Assembly (NCBI GenBank): GCA_965198175.1 | Contig: OZ240245.1 | Coordinates: forward strand, 3,072,001 to 3,136,000 | Source of the DNA: Candidatus Poribacteria bacterium | GTDB lineage: Bacteria > Poribacteria > WGA-4E > PCPOR2b | Direction of reading: 5' to 3' | Length of the DNA stretch: 64,000 nucleotides | Shown here: positions 56,983-64,000 of the stretch, piece by piece | Layout of the letters: each line of letters opens with the position of its first letter | Position numbering within the stretch: position 1 is the first letter of the stretch | Program-made: the position numbers and the translations under genes | The notes under the pieces: generated by a model | What the model was told of the DNA's origin: nothing | Seen by the model: the letters and a program-made list of their open reading frames with translations, nothing else | Databases searched by the model: none

Positions 56983-59900
56983 ATGAACATTAAAAGCGGA
57001 GACATCATAGAGTCTCATAATTGGCCCGAGCCGGTGCAAATCGACCTCGTGGAAGAGGTGGGGGAGTACGTCCGATTGGTTGGCTCAACCGTCCATTCAC
57101 GCGAATATATTAACGCCATGCTCACCCGCGATGAAGTGAACGAGTTGCAGGTCGGGAAACTATCACTAGACTTCAAAGCGAAGGCGCGGCACGTGTTCCT
57201 CAGCCTAGAGGCACGGCGTTACCGATACGCCGCACTGTACGACTCGCTATTCGCTGTCAGTGCATCCAAGGTGGATCCGCTCCCGCATCAGATAGAAGCC
57301 GTCTATGGTCATGTGCTCAAACTGCCGCGCATCCGGTTCTTGATTGCCGACGACCCAGGCGCCGGCAAAACGATCATGGCGGGACTTATCATCAAGGAGT
57401 TGAAACTCCGTCATCTGATTACCCGAACACTAATTGTTGCGCCGGGACATCTCAAAGACCAGTGGCGAAGAGAGTTGAAGGAGCGGTTTGAGGAAAGTTT
57501 TCGTATCATGGACCGCGCGGGTCTCGATTCAGTGCCCGGTGAAAATCCCTGGACTCGCGAATCTCAAATTATCACCTCTATTGACTTTGCCAAGCGCGAC
57601 GATGTCATGCCCGCAATTGCATCTGCGCCCTTCGATCTCGTCATTGTTGACGAAGCGCACAAAATGGCGGCGTACCAATACGGCGACAAAACTAAGAAGA
57701 CGAGTCGTTATCAATTAGGACGGACACTCTCGAAAAGTGCAACCCATCTCCTGTTCCTCACCGCGACGCCGCACAAGGGGGATCCTGAAAATTTTAGATT
57801 GTTCCTGGATCTCCTCGAGCCGGGGTTCTTCGCCACCAGTCAAGATCTACGTGAATCCGTCACGGCGGGAGACAATCCACTCTTTATCCGTCGCGTCAAA
57901 GAAGATTTGAAGGATTTTGAAGGGGTGCCGCTGTTCCTACCTCGACACGTTAGCACGCTCGCATTTGACCTAGGCGTTGATTCACCGGGAGAGAAGGAGC
58001 TCTACAATCAACTTTCCGAATATGTCAATGGACAATACAACAAGGCACTGACAAAGGACAAAAGGAATAACGTGGCGTTTGCTCTAGTCATCTTGCAGCG
58101 TCGACTGGCGTCAAGTACCTATGCGTTGCTCACCTCACTGAAGCGTCGGAGAGTGCGCCTTTCCGATTTGTTGGAAGGCGCCACCGAGAGAAAACGAACC
58201 GAAAGCGTTCCCGATTTTGAGACAATCGACGATCTAAGCGAGGAGGAACGTTGGAGAGAGGAGGAGATATGGGAGGCGCTTTCAGTCGCAGAAAATCGAG
58301 AGGAATTGGGTCGCGAAATCGAGACCCTTGAAACCTTGGCGGGGATGGCGAGGGCAATCATCGAAGACGAAACCGAAATCAAACTCCGAGAGTTGAGGAA
58401 GACGTTGGACGATTTGGAAAATCGTTTCCCCGGCGAAAAAATCCTCATCTTCACCGAATCGCGGGATACCTTGGTATACCTTCAGGGTAAAATGGAGGAG
58501 TGGGGATACAGCGTCACAGTCATTCACGGTGCGTTGAGGCTCGAAGAGCGGATCGAGGCGGAGAGCGAATTTAAAAACCGGACCCAGATTCTGATTGCAA
58601 CCGAAGCCGCGGGAGAAGGTATAAACCTTCAGTTCTGCCACCTGATGCTCAACTACGACCTTCCGTGGAATCCCAACCGCTTAGAGCAACGGATGGGACG
58701 TATCCATCGCTACGGGCAAACACAGGAAGTATTCGTATATAACCTCGTTGCCAAAGACACGCGAGAAGGGGAGGTGTTGACTGCCCTTTTCGATAAGATT
58801 AAAGAAATCCAAACCGCCTTAGGTAGTGACAAAGTGTTCGACGTGTTGAACGAGGTGCTATACGGCGTGAACCTCTCACACTTACTGCTAGAGGCAGCCG
58901 CAAATGCAAGAAGCACGGATGAGATTCTTGCAGAACTCGACATAAGAGTTGATGAGAAATATATTACCGAGGTCAAAGAAAACTTAGGTGAAAGTCTAGC
59001 GACGCGCTACATTGATTATACGCGACTCGGTGAAATGGCGGAACGTGCACGCGAACGGCGCCTCATTCCCGAATACACCGACGCCTTCTTCCGAAAAGCT
59101 TTCGAGGAGCTTAAAGGTAGATTACGCAGTCGTCGAGATGGGTTCCTTGCGATTGAGAGCGTTCCGTTAGCCATCCGCAGGATTGCCGAAAGAGATGCTT
59201 TCATACAGAAACACGGTGGGATGTTGAAGACATATCCCAGGGCAACCTTTGATAAAGATATTGCCTTCAGAAATCCCGATGCCGAATTCATCTCCTTTGG
59301 TCACCCACTGTTTGAAGCCGTTCTCGGTTGGGTGGCTGAAAATTTATCGGGCGATTTGAAACGGGGTGCGGTTTTTGAAGACCCTGATGGAAAACGGGAC
59401 GGCGTTATTCTGTTCTATGAGGGCGAAATTCGTGACGGCAAGGCGCAGGTTGCCGGAGCGCGGCTGTTTGCCTTCTATGTGAGTTCCGATACACGAAAAG
59501 TTGAGCCCATCGACCCCACCGCTATCTGGGATCTCGCGGAAAGTGCACAGCACGTTGCATCAGAAGACATTAACGCCTTGAAAGCTATGGTGATGCCTGT
59601 TATAATGCCTGCACTTGGCGGCTACAAGGACGAACTTGCAGCTGAACGGGAACGGCAGGCGGAAATTAAAAAGAAGTATGGACTAAAGTCACTTAACTAC
59701 CTCATCGTCCAATTGGACGGAGACCTCATTTCACTCTATGACCGCCGCGCCAAAGGCGAAAATGTCGATCGCCTCGTGCGCAACAAGCAGGAACAGAAGC
59801 AGGATTACGAAGATAACCGCAAAACACTAGAGCTAACCATTGCTCAAGAAGGCAGACTCACACCGAGTACACCCAATTACCTCGGTGCGATCCGGGTGAT

Positions 59901-60348
59901 TCCCGCGCCAACCGAAGATCCAACTATGAAAAGCGACCCTGAAATTGAGGGTATTGGCATGGAGGTAACGATGCGGTACGAGCGCCACCAGGGGCGTACG
60001 CCCGAAGATATCTCCGCCGAAAATCTCGGTTTCGATGTCCGCTCGACGGGTCAGGGAGGCGATAAACGTTATATTGAAGTCAAAGCGCGCGCCGGGCTTG
60101 GCGCCGTGGCTTTGACGCAAAATGAGTGGTTCAAAGCGAAACAGTTCAGATCGGACTATTTCCTTTACGTCGTCCTCAACGCCGGCACAGAACCCAACCT
60201 CTATATCATCCAAAACCCATCCGAGCAGACGCACCCAGAGGAGCAGATTGAAGCAGTTCGGTATTGGATTTCTTTGAATGAAATTCGGGGAAAAAAGGTT
60301 CTGTTGAAGAAGGGAACAACTAGTGCCAGCAAGAGACATCTTTCATGA
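56983..60348 (+). CDS. SNF2-family helicase with C-terminal DUF3883 (PD-(D/E)xK-like) domain
   Basis: PLPHQIEAV, ADDPGAGKT, VDEAH, LTATPH, TEAAGEGINLQ, EQRMGRIHRYGQ; tail GFDVRS...IEVK...LTQNEW. Confidence 0.93.
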   Translation: MNIKSGDIIESHNWPEPVQIDLVEEVGEYVRLVGSTVHSREYINAMLTRDEVNELQVGKLSLDFKAKARHVFLSLEARRYRYAALYDSLFAVSASKVDPLPHQIEAVYGHVLKLPRIRFLIADDPGAGKTIMAGLIIKELKLRHLITRTLIVAPGHLKDQWRRELKERFEESFRIMDRAGLDSVPGENPWTRESQIITSIDFAKRDDVMPAIASAPFDLVIVDEAHKMAAYQYGDKTKKTSRYQLGRTLSKSATHLLFLTATPHKGDPENFRLFLDLLEPGFFATSQDLRESVTAGDNPLFIRRVKEDLKDFEGVPLFLPRHVSTLAFDLGVDSPGEKELYNQLSEYVNGQYNKALTKDKRNNVAFALVILQRRLASSTYALLTSLKRRRVRLSDLLEGATERKRTESVPDFETIDDLSEEERWREEEIWEALSVAENREELGREIETLETLAGMARAIIEDETEIKLRELRKTLDDLENRFPGEKILIFTESRDTLVYLQGKMEEWGYSVTVIHGALRLEERIEAESEFKNRTQILIATEAAGEGINLQFCHLMLNYDLPWNPNRLEQRMGRIHRYGQTQEVFVYNLVAKDTREGEVLTALFDKIKEIQTALGSDKVFDVLNEVLYGVNLSHLLLEAAANARSTDEILAELDIRVDEKYITEVKENLGESLATRYIDYTRLGEMAERARERRLIPEYTDAFFRKAFEELKGRLRSRRDGFLAIESVPLAIRRIAERDAFIQKHGGMLKTYPRATFDKDIAFRNPDAEFISFGHPLFEAVLGWVAENLSGDLKRGAVFEDPDGKRDGVILFYEGEIRDGKAQVAGARLFAFYVSSDTRKVEPIDPTAIWDLAESAQHVASEDINALKAMVMPVIMPALGGYKDELAAERERQAEIKKKYGLKSLNYLIVQLDGDLISLYDRRAKGENVDRLVRNKQEQKQDYEDNRKTLELTIAQEGRLTPSTPNYLGAIRVIPAPTEDPTMKSDPEIEGIGMEVTMRYERHQGRTPEDISAENLGFDVRSTGQGGDKRYIEVKARAGLGAVALTQNEWFKAKQFRSDYFLYVVLNAGTEPNLYIIQNPSEQTHPEEQIEAVRYWISLNEIRGKKVLLKKGTTSASKRHLS

Positions 60349-60739
60349 TGCTGTAAAGAACGCCCTGATTAAGGATGGTTGGACGATTACACATGACCCA
60401 CTCCGTTTGAAGTGGGGAAACGATCTCCTTTATGTAGATTTGGGCGCAGAGCAACTTTTGACAGCTAAAAAAGAAGATCGAAAAATCGCTGTCGAAGTTA
60501 AAAGTTTCGTTAGTTACTCCAACATGGCAGACCTCGAAAACGCACTGGGGCAATATATCCTTTATCGGAATATTATTGAGGAACTCGAACCTGAACGGAC
60601 GCTGTATCTCGCTGTTCACGAGGAGGTTTTTGCGACCATTTTCGAGGAATCTCTAGGACAGATGTTAATCCGCAAAAATCATCTCAAACTGGTTATCTTT
60701 AGCAAAACCGAGGAGGTCATCGTCAAATGGAACTCGTAG
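60323..60739 (+). CDS. xisH: XisH family protein
   Basis: MPARDIFHDAVKNALIKDGWTITHDP...VDLGAE...AVEVKSF...ALGQY. Confidence 0.95.
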   Translation: MPARDIFHDAVKNALIKDGWTITHDPLRLKWGNDLLYVDLGAEQLLTAKKEDRKIAVEVKSFVSYSNMADLENALGQYILYRNIIEELEPERTLYLAVHEEVFATIFEESLGQMLIRKNHLKLVIFSKTEEVIVKWNS

Positions 60740-61059
60740 AAAAGTACCGAAAAATTGTATTACAAGTCTTTCGTGAGCATACAGAAGGGTCAATTGCTCA
60801 CGGAGATTTAGAAGATGAAATCATCGTCGACCGTGAGGCGGACCACTATCTGTGGATGGTCAGAGGATACCAGAAGCACAAACGGATTCACGCTTGTATC
60901 GTCCGCATTGATATTATCAACGGAAAGTTGTGGATCCAACACGATAATACCGAAGGCATCGCGCCCGATCTGGAGCGATACGGTGTTCCGAAAGAGCATA
61001 TCGTCTTGGGATTCCGCGCCCCGGATGTTCGACAGTACACAGGGTATGCGGTTGAGTAA
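60727..61059 (+). CDS. xisI: XisI family protein
   Basis: DHYLW, GKLWIQHDNTE, GVPKEHIVLGF...RQYTGYAV. Confidence 0.95.
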   Translation: MELVEKYRKIVLQVFREHTEGSIAHGDLEDEIIVDREADHYLWMVRGYQKHKRIHACIVRIDIINGKLWIQHDNTEGIAPDLERYGVPKEHIVLGFRAPDVRQYTGYAVE

Positions 61060-61076
61060 CTAATGAGAAGGAAAAA

Positions 61077-61285
61077 ATGAAATTCAACTTCGTTGAAAAA
61101 TTCAACCAACTGCCTGCCGATCTCCAAGAAAAAGCAATCAAATACATTGATTCCCTGCTAACCCAAAAGGAGTTACAGCGAAAAAAGAAACCGAAATTGG
61201 ATTGGGCTGGTGGTTTAAGAGAACTCCGGGACCAGATACGGCAATTGAACTTCAGAAAAAAGCGTCAGTGTTGAGAGCAGAGTAG
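61077..61285 (+). pseudogene. DUF2281-type antitoxin, frameshifted, with no PIN toxin
   Basis: LPADLQEKAIKYIDSLL...KPKLDWAGGLRELRDQ; restoring one T (CAG TAT ACG) gives YTAIELQKKASVLRAE*. Confidence 0.7.
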
Positions 61286-61458
61286 ACCTTAAAGCCAACT
61301 CGCCAACGAAAAGCGCACTCAGAGGTATTTTAATGAAACGCTTTCGCTTAAATAACAGTGCATATAGTGATATGCTCATTTCCTTATGTAAAAAACGATA
61401 CCAATGTTGAGGCAGAGTAAAACATCCGAGCAAAGATTTTTGAATTTGGGCGCTAGCT

Positions 61459-63759
61459 ATGTTTAAGAAAGTATCAAAACTAAAGCAGTTCGGAATATTT
61501 CGTGATTTTGCATGGAGTAGCGATACTCCTGATTTTTCGCGTTTTAACTTAATTTACGGTTGGAATAAAAGCGGGAAAACTACTTTTTCCAGAGCCTTCG
61601 TTGCGTGCGAGAAAAAGACAACCGAATTTAAACAATATCCGACAAACGGCGAATTTGAGATAAAGACTGACAACGGAGTAATCAATCATTCGAGCTGCCA
61701 AAACGGAACGAAGCAGATCAGAGTTTTCAATAGGGATTTTATTGAGGAAAACGTCTCCTTTGACCCTATAAATCCAAGCCGCCCGATTGTTTATGTCGGC
61801 GAGGAAAATATTGAGAGCAGCAATAGACTAAAAGCACTTCAAGGGAAAGTTACCGTTTTGGCGGAAAAATACGGATTAGCCCAAAGAGATCGCCAAAAGA
61901 GTGAGAAGGCGGAAGATGTCTTCAGAATCTCAACCGCAAGTAATATAAAAATCCTTGCTGGTGATAACAAGGTTAAAGATAAATACCTAGATTACAACAA
62001 GAGAAGCGTTAAAAAGACGATTGAGGAAATCGGTAATGAGAATTTTTCGAAACTTTCAAATCAGGAATTTGAAATAAAAAAGAAACTAATTAGCGGCGAT
62101 CTTCAAGATAGTGAACGCCCATTTTCAAAATACGATTTTTCGTACTCCTACGACGGAAAAACCTTAGGCGGTTTTTCCGATTTATATGATGAGGTTTCAA
62201 AACTTCTCAAGCGAAAAGTTGTAGCGGAGACGATAGACCGCTTCAAGGATGATCCGGAATTGAACAAGTGGGCACAGGACGGATTTAAACTTCACAGAAC
62301 AAAAGACGAAACGAAAAAATGCTTGTTTTGCCAAAACGAACTTTCAGAGAGTTTTTTGGAATCTTTATCAAAACATTTCAGTGGAAACTACGAAAAACTG
62401 CAAATTGATATTAAGTCCTTCATTGCGAGTTTAGGTGGCTTAAGGCGTAAAGTTGAAGAAACGAATCAGCAGTTTTATTCTAATTTGCAAGATAAGTACG
62501 AAAACCACGTAAAGGAACTAAACAAGATAGTCGGTGAGTTAGATTCATGGACTGATGAAGCAATAAAAAAATTGAACGAAAAATACGAAAATCCTCTTTC
62601 GGAAGTAAGCGATACTCAATTCCCTGAAGATTTTTCAGCTCTATATGACAAGACAGTTGACGATATAAATGCCGTGATTAAAGAACACAACACTAAGGTT
62701 GCAAATCACGCGCAGGCAGTTAAACGAGCAAAAGAAGAGTTGGAAAAACATATTATTGCAGGTGCGATAGAGGATCAGGACTATTCAAAAATCAAATTGG
62801 AATTCGAAAAAAGCGTTGAAGCGGAAAAGGAAGCGAAACAAGCGGTTGATGCCAATAATCGGGAAATCTCCAGGCTGGCAAAAGAAACTTCAAATATTGG
62901 ACAGGCGGCAGAGCAGATAAACCAGTACCTTGAGGAGTTTTTTGGCAGGAAAGAAATCTTACTCGAGCTAGACGGCTCAAATAAGGGGTATATTTTGCAA
63001 CGCGACGGCGAAGTGGCAAACAACCTTAGCGAAGGCGAAAAGAACGCCATTGCTTTTTCATATTTTATCGTAAAAACGCAGGAAAGGGGATTTAACGTCA
63101 AGGAAGCAATAATTGTAATTGACGATCCTATTTCCAGCTTTGATTCTAACTTCATATACCACTGTTTCTCACTTGTTAAAAGTCACTTCAAATACGCAGA
63201 ACAATTAATCATATCCACGCATAACTTTGAATTTTTCAATCTCGTCAAAGATTGGTTTGAACAGAAAATTCGCAATTCAAATAAAAAGCCGATTCCGTGT
63301 GAGTATTACATGATTGAAAATATGATTAAGGATGACAAACGGTGTGCTTCGATTGTTCCTCTTGAGGAAACTTTGCGAAAATTCAAATCAGAATTTCAAT
63401 TCTTATTTTCAAGATTGAATAAGTTTATCACCGAAAGTACTCTGGATTATGCTGATTTTTATACTGTTGGAAATATCGCTAGGCGGTTTTTGGAGATGTA
63501 TACAAATTTCAAGATTCCGACTACAGGCGATCTGAAAAGTAAAGTCGATCAGCTTGAGACAAGTACTGTCAGCGAAACTGAAAAAGATAAGGTGTATAGA
63601 CTTATTCAAGAATTTTCGCACGGTCTTGAACCTATAAGCACAATTGAACACAAGGACAAACATGAGATTCAAAGTGCAATCGAGGTTTTAATGAAAATAG
63701 TTGAGGAATCAGACCAAACGCATTTTCAATTTCTCGGCAAAAATCGGGAATCGAGCTAA
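61459..63759 (+). CDS. RloC-like ABC ATPase-HEPN nuclease (AAA_13 family)
   Basis: Walker A GWNKSGKT, coiled coil with CLFCQ zinc hook, signature LSEGE, Walker B IDDPISSFD, STHN, HEPN-like NIARRFLE...RLIQEFSH; AT-rich. Confidence 0.85.
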   Translation: MFKKVSKLKQFGIFRDFAWSSDTPDFSRFNLIYGWNKSGKTTFSRAFVACEKKTTEFKQYPTNGEFEIKTDNGVINHSSCQNGTKQIRVFNRDFIEENVSFDPINPSRPIVYVGEENIESSNRLKALQGKVTVLAEKYGLAQRDRQKSEKAEDVFRISTASNIKILAGDNKVKDKYLDYNKRSVKKTIEEIGNENFSKLSNQEFEIKKKLISGDLQDSERPFSKYDFSYSYDGKTLGGFSDLYDEVSKLLKRKVVAETIDRFKDDPELNKWAQDGFKLHRTKDETKKCLFCQNELSESFLESLSKHFSGNYEKLQIDIKSFIASLGGLRRKVEETNQQFYSNLQDKYENHVKELNKIVGELDSWTDEAIKKLNEKYENPLSEVSDTQFPEDFSALYDKTVDDINAVIKEHNTKVANHAQAVKRAKEELEKHIIAGAIEDQDYSKIKLEFEKSVEAEKEAKQAVDANNREISRLAKETSNIGQAAEQINQYLEEFFGRKEILLELDGSNKGYILQRDGEVANNLSEGEKNAIAFSYFIVKTQERGFNVKEAIIVIDDPISSFDSNFIYHCFSLVKSHFKYAEQLIISTHNFEFFNLVKDWFEQKIRNSNKKPIPCEYYMIENMIKDDKRCASIVPLEETLRKFKSEFQFLFSRLNKFITESTLDYADFYTVGNIARRFLEMYTNFKIPTTGDLKSKVDQLETSTVSETEKDKVYRLIQEFSHGLEPISTIEHKDKHEIQSAIEVLMKIVEESDQTHFQFLGKNRESS

Positions 63760-63769
63760 ATATTTTGTT

Positions 63770-63950
63770 TTTCTCAACCAAATTCCAATGGTATTTGGGT
63801 GTACCGCTAGAGTTCCTGAGACTTCGAGCCGAGTCTTACGGGTTCCACGCTTCAATAGATACAGCGTATGAAGCCGAATTTTCCGCCGCAAATTTTTGCC
63901 TTGTTTCAGTCAATTTTGAAACATCTTCCCTAGTTTAAGAACAACTGGTA
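63770..63950 (-). mobile_element. Degraded IS630-like transposase N-terminal HTH fragment
   Basis: RLHTLYLLKRG...LEVSGTLAVHPNTIGIWL, with an in-frame stop upstream and truncation against the end of the RloC-like gene. Confidence 0.5.
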
Positions 63951-64000
63951 TCGGATTTTTGATGAGTAAATCAATAAATGTACTGTTATTCAAGCGAAAT

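Overview
Bacterial chromosomal window, most likely from Candidatus Poribacteria or a relative. This is inferred from three PhyH dioxygenases, several HEAT, TPR and beta-propeller repeat proteins, and a secreted protein ending in a TTWxxLK motif. The first ~54 kb is mixed housekeeping and accessory DNA: a partly decayed MoxR locus, an ICL/PEP-mutase + Gfo/Idh/MocA + two-PhyH cluster, gmd, a large S8 protease with a T9SS-like C-terminal domain, mqnP/ubiX, an M16 protease, trmB, tRNA-Ala(GGC), a Rieske fusion protein, an Lhr helicase, a DRG-type GTPase, a HEAT-TPR/HEAT-TPR/vWA trio, an adjacent PorY-like kinase + PorX pair, and rng-rplU-rpmA. After the rpmA terminator a defence island begins: REP-like palindromes, orphan HigA, HicAB, a ThsB-like TIR gene coupled to an uncharacterised 158-aa protein, a SNF2-DUF3883 helicase, XisH/XisI, a frameshifted DUF2281 antitoxin, an RloC-like ABC-HEPN nuclease and an IS remnant. 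The best leads are the TIR + unknown-partner module, the linked PorXY-like pair outside Bacteroidota, a PhyH enzyme with HxG in place of HxD, and a candidate kissing-loop RNA upstream of rng. No CRISPR array or rRNA was seen. All family calls rest on motif recognition; no database searches were run.
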